64,000 nt of DNA from Epiperipatus broadwayi. Taxonomy: Eukaryota > Animalia > Onychophora. The translations under genes and the position numbers were made by a program. The notes beneath the pieces are model-generated. The model had not been told where the DNA came from and made no database searches. It saw nothing but the letters and a program-made list of their open reading frames with translations. Positions within the stretch are counted from its first letter, which is position 1, and each line of letters opens with the position of its first letter. Location of the stretch: NCBI GenBank assembly GCA_028023455.1, contig JAQFVV010000007.1:11718001-11782000 (forward strand), given 5' to 3'. Shown here in pieces: positions 22,740 through 34,859 of this stretch.

Positions 22740-25200
22740 GGTAACTGTAATTGAGATCATATGCCAATAAAAGTTGTTTGATTTGTTAATCCTTTGTCCC
22801 TTTGATATATTTCATGTAATTCATTTTTAAATATGTTTGAGTGCATACTTGAGTTATTGTTGTATAAGAATTTACATCTTGTGCACCGTAGAACATACAG
22901 GATGAATACACTGATCCTGATGTCAGCAAAGACTTCTTTTTGAATGAATTAAATAGGCTATTAATTTTTAATTGTTTTATTTTTGAAGAGTGTATATATT
23001 ATCAACAAAATGTTATTAAGTCCATGGCATGAAAGAAAAAGATGATCCTGTGTTTTGGAATTTTTGTGGCAAAGGTTGCATTGATTATCTATATTGTGAC
23101 AATTTCTTTTATATCATAGGAAGTGTTGTGTGGAAAGTGAGTTAATTTTAATTTTAAATAATAATATTTTGGTTCAAGTATTCAGAATTTGAATTTATGT
23201 CAAATTGTTTGTTGGTGATGTTGAGCACAGTTTTATCATTGAAAGGGAATGATTTTCACAGTCCTTGAATATATTATGAAATGGTTTGAAAACCAAGGTT
23301 TTTATAGACAACAATGGAGTGAGTGAGTAATGCTTTCAAGTGTCCTTGAATTGGAGTTAGTTTACAAGTATGAGTGATATTACATAATGCTTGTAGATAT
23401 GGAATTTTTTTGCCTATTGAGAGATTATAGTATTTGTTTTTTGGATTGTGAATGTTACAATTGAGTGAAACCCTAGACAATTTTGTCAAAATGAAATTTT
23501 TGAGAGATCTTATAGATATCAAGATTACCTTTTATCCCCAAAGAAGTTTACTGCAAAGTGAATCTATTTGATTAGTAAAAGCTTTGTTATATAGTATTGT
23601 TGGAGTGTAGAATGTGATGTTTGTCATGCTCAGCATGTTAAAAAATGTTATCTTAGCATAAAGTGACAGATATAATTTTGTTAGTGAATTGACTATAATT
23701 TCTATTTTATTCTTATGTTTATTTTGTATAATTGGTGTCATTGGTAAATGATGCAGGTTGAACTGGAATCCAAGGACTGGGTGAGATTTGCCTTTAAAAT
23801 AATTTGTTAAACTACTACTGGTGTAAATGTGTGAAGTACAGGATTTTTCTATGTTGAATGTTAACTTATAGTTATCTTTATAATCTGAAAAAATATTCAG
23901 AAGTTAGGGAATGTACTTTTTTGATAGCAAAAAGATTGGGAGATTATCCATGTAAGCTATACATGAGAGGTTGGCATTTAGGTAGAATACGAAATTCAGG
24001 TATTTTATTTCTTAGGGTGTTAATTAGAAAATTTATGTTGGAAGTGAATAGTAAGGGACTAAGAGGGGGTGATCTTTTTTCTTTTAAAAGTAATGTATAT
24101 TTCATGGTTCATAATTTACTTTCTAGGATTTTAATAAGTGTATTTATTTGTATCATGTCAAAGGCTGCTTCTATGTCTAGGTGAATAACAATTGGATTAT
24201 ATTTTTTAGCTCTTGCTGTTCCTATTGTTGTTTTGATTAGAAATGCGGCCTGCCCTGTTGATAACTTTTTTTTTTTGCTAATTGCATTTTTGATAATTTT
24301 GATATAATGTAGGGTTCTATTTTGTCTTTGATTACTGATTCTATTATTTTGATGCCTAGTGGAGTCATTGAAGTTGGATACAAGTTTGTTCATGTGCAAA
24401 CCATTTATTTTTTCTTTAGAAATGGTTCAAGTAATATTTAATACAATTCTGGTATTCTCTATATGGCTTCAGATAGAAAATTTGTTAGATTAATCATGTA
24501 TTGAGCTGTGAATTTATTAAGATGTGTATATACATATATAGAAATCATGTCCATTCCAGGATGACATGAATCTGGGATTGACTCTATTTTTGTATAAAGT
24601 CATTTTTTTGCCATATGAAAGTTGTGACACATTGAGTGGAGGAATTTTTTATAGCATGTTCTCAAAAAAGGTCAATATTTGCTCCAGCATGAAGTACAAA
24701 TGGTATCTGATTCTACTTTAATGGCAGATGATACTCAAACTGGAGAGGGATAACCTAATGCCCATCTGATATAATTTCTGGTTAAGATATGAGATTTATT
24801 TAAGAATACTTTTTTGTTGCTATGTATTCTTTATGTTGCTTTGAAATAAACTGATATGTTTTCTTTAATGCTAAAAATTTTGCATGATCATGGTTTGATT
24901 GTGATAATATATTAACAAAAACATGCCAAATTTAGATGAGATCCATTTGTATCTTTTTTGCAAATAAATGTATATTTCTGAGAATAAAAATTCCAGAGTG
25001 AAAAATGGAAGTAGAATTTGGATATTTCTTCCCATAATGGATGGTCATTGAAATTAAGATCCAGAGATACCATAATGGCTGGCTAAATGATTAGACAGAG
25101 GAGATGTTTTTAGACAGATGTTCACCATGTTGGGTATTGATAGTCAATAGAATACTGGGTCTATTAGTGTTAAATATCTACTGTTATTAAATAATACTGA
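22740..25200 (-). mobile_element. Degenerate L1/Tx1-like LINE ORF2 (APE end, RT, C-terminal CCHC zinc knuckle)
   Basis: Minus frames give LIDPVFY...TSPLSNH (APE end, about 25050-25150), IVIHLDIEAAFD (about 24160-24200), PPLSPLLF (about 24045-24070), AYMDNL (YADD-like, about 23940-23960) and CNLCHKNSKTQDHLFLSC (CX2CX8HX4C, about 23030-23085). Confidence 0.8.
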
Positions 25201-25779
25201 ACTTTTTGACAAGAGTCTCCTTACATTTTTTATAGAGAAGGAATGAAGATGTGTTATTAATATCTGATATCATATTTGTACTATATTTATTAATAATTGT
25301 ATGCACACAGTGTCTTTTTGTAGAGTCACAATTTATATATACTAACTAGAAAGAATATGCCAATTGATACATTTCAAAATTTCCTTTCAATGATCAAAAA
25401 ACATAAAATAATTAAATTTACTTAGAAAATGAATCTGAAAATAATATTTTTCATGGACAAAGAATTATGGAAAAACAAATACTTTTTAAAATAATTATGA
25501 TTAGTGCAAAGGTTTACTAAAAAAAAAAAAAACTTTATTAATCACAGCAAACATCTTAAATGAATGCAAAACAAAACAAAAAAAGACATGAAAGTAACAT
25601 AATGTGTCTGATGTTATGAAGTTATTATAATTTATTTAAAAACAATTCTAACAATAGGGTCTTTAATGAGAAACTAATGATGGAAAAGCAAACACTTCTA
25701 ATAAGTATGGTAAAATAAATTATTACACAAGAAATTAAATTAGTAATAACAAGGAAAATATAAACTTTCCAATTGAACA

Positions 25780-26480
25780 GGAAATATGTCTTAATGCACT
25801 AAAATGGAGTTATTGGTGAATCTAACTACAGATAATGGCTGAGAGCTTTTAAGAAGTTTTGTTTTCTCATAATCAAAGCCAGTGAGTTGAATGAGAACAA
25901 TGGAAAATATGTGCAATGGATATTTAAATTTATGCAAAGTGGGTTAAAGACTCTACTTTTCGGGGAAAGACAAGTATGCTTCCTTCTGGTTCATAGCATG
26001 TGTGTTGTTAGCCATAAGCAATGCTTCTTTAACTTTACATTTAAAGTTATGGTGCTCTATACAAGGAATGGTGGCCAAAGATGGTTTAAATATAAGGCCA
26101 GTGGATGTTTGGTGTTCCAATAAGACAGAATTATACTTGGGGTTTTTCAGAGCTCTTTTGTACAAGTAGCAGTGCTGAGAGATACGAGTGGAGAGCAATG
26201 CATGTGAGTCACCATAATATATACCACTGTAACCAGTTTAAGAGCATGTGATTTTATACACTGTGTAGGGAGTTTGATCAGAGAGTATGATTAGTCTATT
26301 AGTTGAAGGGTGTGTGAAAACTTAGCTTGAAAGAATGAGAGAAGGTTTTGATAAAACTTTTAGCGAGGGGATGAATGTGTGTAAAGAGAAGCCACAGCTT
26401 GTCATTTTTGGGAAGATTGGTATGTAACTTTGGCAAATTTGTTTTTCCTTTCTTGTAATACGACTGGGTTTGAATCCAAC
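25780..26480 (-). mobile_element. Degenerate Penelope-like element (GIY-YIG endonuclease region)
   Basis: SVYKITCS*TGYSGIYYGDSH at about 26200-26263, followed by LSTRISQH...SVLLEHQTSTG...KCKVKEALLMANNTHAMNQKE (ORF 25953-26198). An about 45-bp direct repeat flanks it at about 25615 and 26515. Confidence 0.8.
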
Positions 26481-27384
26481 ATTGATGAGATCTTCTATAT
26501 ATTGTAACTAAAAACAATGAAGTTATTATTTATTAAAAAAACAATTCTAATAATAGTGAAATTATTTTCATGTTTTTTTACTTTGATTTCAGTACATAAT
26601 ATACATTTGACATTATCACTAATAAAATTTCACTTATGTTTGCATTGACTATATTTATTAAAAATATTTGTTTTTCAGTCATTTGCATACTGAACATATT
26701 ATTTTCAAATTTGCTTTCTAAATAAATGACTTTTATGTTTTCAAACGTATTGTATTATTTTTGATAAGATAGTATTTTTTTTTACTTTTTCTTGTCTAGT
26801 TTGGTATGTGGGCAGTCGCTCCATCAATGAGTAATATATACATGCAACTAGTACTTTATACCATATCTTTTTTTTAAAAAAAATATTGCAAGGGCTTTTC
26901 CTTTTGGAGAGGTATTTAAAAACTATTTTCCTTATTGTCATATATATATTAAATTTTTATTGTTAACTAGGTTGGCTAATATTGTTGAGCGTGTAGGTTC
27001 CCTTAGTTTGAGAATGAAGCATGAAAAAAAAATCATCCAAGCTAAGTACGTCCTCCTTTTTGATATCTTTCACTTCACATGAAAAGATATTTAAATAGCA
27101 TTTCTTGTGGTTAGCTATTTAAATTATTTGCAATATACATAATTGTAGTGTTTTATTTTTTTTTTTTTGATACATTATATATTAAAAAGTTAACGTCAAT
27201 ATTATTACTGTTTTTACTTTTTAAAGTCAGTTTATTTTAAGTTTATCTTAATGATGTTCGATAAAACCTTTTACTGTTTTACAAGCCATTATTAATGAGG
27301 ACGATGTTAATATTTTTATTTATTACTACTTGGTTTCATATCCATTATAATTGTTTACTTTTATCTTTTGTTTCTTTTTTAAAA

Positions 27385-27610
27385 TAAATTTATCTAATCA
27401 AAGAGATATTTTAGAGTGAAGTTGTTTTTCAGTTTGGCTGTCTCATTAAAGTTAGCTTTAATATCTTTGTATAATCGATCAGAAAACTTCTGCAGCTTGA
27501 TAAGAATCGGTCTCTTGCGAGTTTGTCTTAATCAAATGTCTCGTTGTATTCCGCTAGCCCCTGAAGATTTTTACAAACACATCTACAGTCAAGAGCTTTC
27601 CCAAAATCTT
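27385..27610 (-). mobile_element. Probable LINE ORF1 (gag-like) fragment
   Basis: Minus frames KILGKLLTVDVFVKIFRG* and RKRPILIKLQKFSDRLYKDIKANFNETAKLK resemble the IFRLG...RPILIKL motif of CR1/L2/Jockey-type ORF1. Confidence 0.5.
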
Positions 27611-29221
27611 TAATTATAATGAAAAATCAACAATACTTCAACTTATCGTGAAATTCTTTTAGTAGTTTCAGTTTAGATTATTTTATTACTTAATTAATGT
27701 TTTTATTATCTTATAAAATTATTATGCGTGCGTGTTTAGCAAAATAATTTATTAAAGTTAAAATGTGTTTATTGTGCGACTGTTTTTCAAACTGAAGATT
27801 TTTTTTACATCCACTTAAAAGTTTTAAGCCTACATACTTTTTTGTTCTGCCTAACTCCCTGGTTGTTTTGGTGTAATGACAAAGTTGCAGTTTTTAGCGC
27901 CCAAATTCCATAGATCACAGCCAGTTAATGGTCAAACCGTTTATGAATTACCTAGCAATATTCTTCCCAGAATGATGTTAAAACTATAACATTTGAAAAA
28001 AACATTTATAGATATATATATTATTCAACTTGTGGGTTGGAACTATAAATACATATACACTTTTACATTGTTGAGTCGTAATAACATTACAAAACACCAC
28101 AGAGTTCCTAAGAGAGTATTCTGTAATGAACCTGGATTTAGTTTTCATGGAAGAGAAAGAGTTTATTTATCATAATATTTATCAGACAGCATTGGCAGCA
28201 GACCACAAATAAATAAGTTTTAATGTACCAATAAAACATCATATGGCCTATTAAATATTCATATGATCTTTCCTTACACATTCTTTTAGCTAAGGAATAA
28301 AGATGAATATGACTTTTAAAATGACCAAGATTATCGTAATATATAGAATCTGAACTAAATTCAGATATATATAGTCATGCAAGAAAACTGGAATGGATTG
28401 GGAAAAAAATATCGTTTTTTAAAAATTTGGACTGGTGGCCTGATAATGCAGCAAAGAGTAAAAAATGCTGCTCGAGATCCAAGTGTGGTTCAAAACTCCA
28501 AAAAACTTCTCAGTGATAAAATTCATAAGTGAGAAACTATCAGGAAATATTGGGATCAAGCAGTACTGGATAGGAATTTATTAAGCAATTTGGCACCTAT
28601 TAATTACTAATACACTGATGGCATCTATATACTCAGAGTCAAAAAAAATGGTGACCATACCACATGAGATGCAATATTGATTGCTTACATTGGGATGTTG
28701 AGGCTGAGATTAGAATTCAGGATAGATCTATGCTTTTTATTTCATATGTTTCTGGAATTATATTAATGATAGTATACTTATATGTAGAATGACTATTAAT
28801 ACATAAGTTAATTAAATACATAACGGTGATTCTGTTAAATATATATGAAAATTTATTTTCATTTCTTTATTTAAAAGTAAACTAATAAAGTTTTAGAATG
28901 TAGTCAAACAATAAATTCTTAAAATCAAAGACAGCATCAACAATTGTAAAATAAATTTTTGAAGAAAAAATATTTATTAATCATTTTGTATATATATATA
29001 TCATTAAAAACCAGTCAACATTTAGACATTCGCAATATCAATAACAATCAACAATTTCAAACTGTTCTCAAGGCAACTTCCTTTTAACAATAAAGGCGGA
29101 ATCCCACCTTTATTAATGGTCTATTATATTTAAATACATGTATTTAAATACTTGTATATTGTCTATACTAAAGTTAATATAATTATAAGGAACTTGAACT
29201 CAGACTTTTAAACCCCCCACA

Positions 29222-29608
29222 GCTATCCAATCCATCTTATACAGCTGATACACATGATAATATACATGTAAAAACATAAATGATCTCCAATATATATATT
29301 TCATGCTAAACCAGTACTCATCAGTTGGTCCAGATGACCATTTTCAGCACATATATAAAATTATTGCTCAATTTATAGTAAGGTTAACAATCTTCAAACT
29401 TTAATGGATAAGTTTCCATCTTCTACACTTTCCAACTTTTCAGCATCAAGAGTTTTGAGCATTTCATCCTTGGATTTTCAATAATGTGGATAGATGAAAA
29501 GTTGGAGAGTGGAGAAGATTGAAACTTGTCCATTAAAGTTTAAAGATTTGTTCTCTTAATATAAATTGAGCAGTAATTGTATATATGTGTTGGAGATCAT
29601 TTATTTTT
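29222..29608. mobile_element. HHR-hairpin family 2, copy II (inverted pair; the right arm has deleted the ribozyme)
   Basis: Minus strand 29280-29335 reads GATCATCTGGACCAA-like flank then CTGATGA-GTACTG GTT TAGCAT-GAAA-TATATATA-TTGGAGATC. The right arm jumps from gtatatatgtg to ttggagatc. Confidence 0.75.
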
Positions 29609-30539
29609 TCACATGTATTTTTATAAAAGACTTATTATTAAACCAAAAACTACATCACTAGGAAGGGATTGTCTTTGAAAACATTTTCTTTTTAAAAAGA
29701 CTACTCTTAGAAAATTTACAAAGTACATTATGAGAATTGAAAATCACCAAGAAATAATCATTATAGGCAAAAAATATCATTTTTGCAAAAAACTGTGAGT
29801 AAAATATTTTAATAACAATTAGTAATTAATTAACTTCTATAATTTTTTTTTGTTTTCTTGACGATAAATAATTCGAAATATATCATTTTTAATAAAATAA
29901 AATTCTAATATCTAAAGATGTGTTCTTTTGTTATCAGTAATATTTTAAGCTAGATACTTATTTTCACAATTTTAAAATATTAATTTTAAATATTTTTATT
30001 GAAATTATTAGATGGTTTAAATATCTATAATGTAACATATAAACTAATCATATAATATACATAAAAACAATTTAATTGCACAAAAATAATCAAACTTGGA
30101 GTCATATTAAAAAATAACAGTTGCTAGAGTCTATTCAAAAATTTGTCAGGAGAGGTTGACACTAATGTTAATTACAAATCTTTATTTTATATTAGAATTT
30201 AATAAATTAGGCTTGATTGATTAGTAATTACATCCTTAAAAATCATATTTGAACTTTGCAAATTAAAAGAAAAATTGAAATAGAGTGATGCTTGTAATGA
30301 GAATAATTATTTTTCTATTGTTGGGTATTTATCTTAATGCCTTTGAAAAAGTAAATTAACACAATCTTTGTTGAATAAATTCCATTTGTAAATTTTAAAT
30401 AATTTTTATGAAGTTATCATAAAGCTATGAAATGCAGTTCTAAAATTTTAATGTATTTATATTTATGTAAATATCACAAATATGTATATGGTTGTGTTTA
30501 CAGCCTGTTACTATTCTTTTATTTCATAGTTGTGACCTA

Positions 30540-33500
30540 TGTGAATGTGGCTGCCAGGCAACACTGCAGTACCATCAACAAACACCATGAAGCATGCAAG
30601 TGATAAATTTGTATCCAAAAATCATTGAAATTGACAAATTAAAAATGCATAGGGCAAAATAAATTGAACAATATCTTCTAAAATACAAATTTAAAAAAAA
30701 ACAAACAAGCAAGAAAACATTATGAATTTCGAATTACAATAAAAACTTTAATAATAAATGTCAAAAAAATTAACAAAGCTTCATTAATAGTGCTACATTA
30801 ATAATGGGAATTACAAAAACAGAATTTCATCAATAATTAGCTTTTAAGATTTGCAAATATGCATCTGCAATAAGATTCTAAAGCAGCGCAAAATACAAAT
30901 TAAAAAAAAAAAAAACCAAGAAAATTTTATGCTTCTAGAATTTAATCAAAAATAAATAAAATACAAAAATAGAAATTTATATCTAACTAACAAATATACC
31001 CCCTTCTTCCACACGAAAAATTAAAATGAAAAATGGTAGAAAAAATATTCTAAAATACAAATTAAAAAAAAACAAAACAACAAAACGCTATGAAATTCCA
31101 ATTACAAAAACAGAAATCTGTGAAAATACATCAAATGCACCCCCTATCCCCCAGAATGAAGAATTCTTTGCTGAAATGGACAAAGTAAAATGTCTAAGAC
31201 AACATAAATCAAACAAAATCTTCTAAAATAAAAATTAAAAAAAAACCAAGAAAATGCTCAAATATGCATCTGCGATCAGATTCCAAAGCAGTGCAAAAAA
31301 ACAAATAAATAAAAAAACCAAAACAATGCTATGCATCAAAAATTAGATCAAAAATAAGTAAAATACAAAAACAGAAATTGGTGTCTAACAGATATATCCC
31401 CCTTCCTCACAAAGATTTAAAACAAAAAATAGCAGTGACCAAGTAACTTTTCAAAAATGTAACTAAAGTTCATCAATATTTAAAAAATAAAAGATTATTT
31501 GCAAATATGCCTGTGCATTATTTAACTAACAGATGTAATAATAATTCACAAACCTTAAATACAGACTAATACATATAAAGTAATTAAATATAGATAACGA
31601 GTGCACAGTGATCTGTTGTTATCTGTTATAATAATTTAAAAGCAGCTATTTATATCAGGAGAGCTACTAATTATTTTTCCCAAAAATTTATTATATTAAT
31701 TATTCTCTGCTTTGAAATTATAGCATATCTGAATAATCAGAATAGAAAATAGGCATGGCCATAGATTGTACAAAGTTTAAAATAGAAAGTTTAAAATAAT
31801 CATTGATTACAGTTATAGGAATAATTATTAAAAAGTTATATTTATTGGCAATAATGTTACAAGATTTAATTTTAACAAGAATTTTAAGTAATTGAGAATT
31901 TAAATAGATAGATATTGCAGGAAAAATATTACCCCCAAATTTCTTCAAGGCTGACTTGACCAGTTCCAGAATCAGTTCGGTGCCATTTACACTATGATGA
32001 CTTCATTGTCTGCCATGTTCTGCCTTGTTTACAACTCTTCTTTAATTAAAATTATAAAATTTAGCTTTCTATTGTTAAAATTTTTAACTTAGCACTTTTA
32101 TTAAAGATGATCCCCAAGTGAATAACAGCAGATTAAAAAATAATTTAATAGAAGATGTGGACTTAGCAAACAGTTATTTAAAGAAAGTTGCAGATTAAAA
32201 TATGACATAATAGACCTCTCACATATATAATATCCCAATGCAATTTAAAATAGTGATTCTTCAGCATTTTGCCAAAGAGAAAATATTTTCTTTAAAATAT
32301 ACTTTAGTACCATATTTTGTGAACAGTAAATATATATAAGATGCATATATAATTATGTTTTATTTAAAAAAAGTGGGAAATTGAAACGTGACATAATAGG
32401 CCTCTTTTACATTAAAAAATATCGGGGTAAAAAAAAATAGTTCCGCAAAATATAACATCCCAATGCAATTTAAAATAATAAGTGATTCTTCAGCATTTTG
32501 CCATAGAGAAAATATTTTCTTTCAAATATTCTTTAGTACCATATTCTGTTCACAGTAAATATATATAAGATGCATATTTAATTATGTTCTATTTAAACAA
32601 AGTTGTAAATGCACCTATATTTTCTAATGTGAGAGGTCTATTATGTCACATTTTAATATGCAACTTTCTTTAAATAACTGTTTGCTAGGTACACGTCTTC
32701 TATTAAATAATTTTTTTAATCTGTTATTATTCACTTGGGGATGCTAAGTTAAAAAATTTAACAATAGAAAGCTAAATTTTATAATTTTAATTAAAGAAAA
32801 GTCATAAACAAGGCACATGGCAGATGATAAAGTCATCGTAGCGCAAATGGCAGCGAACTGAGTCTGGAACTAGTCAGTCAGCCTTGAAGAAAATGGGGGT
32901 AATATTTTTTCTGCAATATCTATAAATCTATTTAAATTCTTAATTACTTAAAATTTTTGTTAAAATAAAATCTTGTAACATTCTTGCCAATAAATATAAC
33001 TTTTTAATAATTTTTCTTGTAGCTGCAATCAATGATTATTTTAAACTTTCTATAATCTATGGCCTATGCCTATTTTCTATTCTGATTATTCTGATATGCC
33101 ATAATTTCAAAGCAGAGAATAATTAATGTATTGTTATCTATATTGAATTACTTTATATGTATTAGTCTGTATTTAAGGTTTGTGAATTATTATTATATCT
33201 GTTAGTTAGATAATGCATAGGGATATTTGCAAATAGTCTTATATTTTTTAAATATTGATGAAATTTAGTACATTTTTGAAATGTTACTTAGTCAACACCA
33301 TTTTTCATTTTAATTCTTCACGCAGGAGAAGGGGTATATCTGTTAGTTAGTCACCGATTTCTGTTTTTGTATTTTACTTATTTTTGATCAAATTCTTGAT
33401 GCATAGCATTTTCTTATTTTTTTGTTTAGTTTGTATTTTGCACTGCTTTGAAATCTGATAGCAGATGCATATTTGCAAATGTTGAAAGCTAAATATTGAT

Positions 33501-34322
33501 GACATTCTGTTTTTGTAATTCCCACTATTAATGATGCACCATTAATGACGCTTCATGAATTGTTTTGACATTTACCATTAAAGTTTTTGTTGTAATTTGA
33601 ATTTCTTAGTGTTTTCTTGCATTTTATTTTATAATTTGTATTTTAGAAGATTTTGTTCAATTTATTTTGCCTTAGGCATTTTAATTTGTCCATTTCAGCA
33701 AAGAATTCTTTATTCTGGGGGAAGGTGTTGCATTTGACATATTTTCACCGATTTTTGTTTTAGTAATTGAAATTTCATAGCGTTTTCTTTTTTTTTTTAA
33801 TTTATATTTTAGAAAATTTTTTCCCCACCATTTTTCATTTTAATTCTTTGTGTGGAAGGGGGGGGGGCTATATCTGTTAGTTAGACACTAATTTATGTAT
33901 TTGTATTTTACTTATTTTTGATTGAATTCTTGATGCATAGCATTTTCTTGTTTGTTTTTTTTTTAATTTATATTTTGCACTGCTTTGGAATCTGATCGCA
34001 GATGAATATTTGCAAATATTGAAAGCTAAATATTGGTGAAATTCTGTTTTTTCAATTCCCGTAATTAATGAAGCACCATTAATGAAGCTTGATTAATTTT
34101 TTTGACATTTACCATTAAAGTTTTTATTGTAATTCGAAGTTCATAGCGTTTTCTTGTTGTTTTTTTTTAATTTGTATTTTAGAAAATTTTGTGCAATTTA
34201 TTTTGCCTTAGGCATTTGTAATTTGTTGATTTCAGTGACTTTTGGATAAAAAGTTTATCATTTGCATGCTTCATGGTGGTTGTTGATGGTACTGCAGCAA
34301 CACCTGGTGGCCATATTGGGCA
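30540..34322. mobile_element. About 3.8-kb foldback (FB-like) element with about 1.7-kb modular inverted arms
   Basis: 30540-32222 and 32626-34322 are reverse complements (ends tgtgaatgtggctgccagg / cctggtggccatattgggca; inner ends gacctctcacat / atgtgagaggtc). The arms contain A-rich subrepeats and the spacer is a tandem duplication. TA lies at both outer flanks. No transposase ORF. Confidence 0.85.
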
Positions 34323-34859
34323 TATTTTTAAAAATAATACATATTCAACTTAAATAAAAGTGTAATCTTATATACTTTTGCTTTAAATAATTATTGTATA
34401 AATATTTTGTAAAAATAATTCTAAATATTTTAAATGAATTGCAAAAAAAATACTTCTTTTTTTTGTTTATCAATATTAACCCTCTTGTACTATGCTAACA
34501 TTTTGACAGATTTCTTTGTTTTCACTAGATTTAAGCTTTCAACTTTCATTTTAATATAAAATCCATTATTACTTATCAGAATAAAATAAATTTGACCTCA
34601 TTTGATAGATATTTTTGTTTAGAAATTAAATAAATTTTAAAAAATCTCATTTAATTTTTAGAACTATTTTAAAAATTACATTTTAATCAAAACAAAGCAC
34701 TGTCACATCATTAAATTTTAGGTGAAGCAAAATGAATGAAATCTTCTTTGTTTAATATTTGTTTTAAAAATCTAAATAAATTGTTTTTACTCTTCTGATA
34801 GCCAGGTACAGCTGCTTGATGGCATTGTGTTTATGCAAAACAATCAAATGTAACATTCT

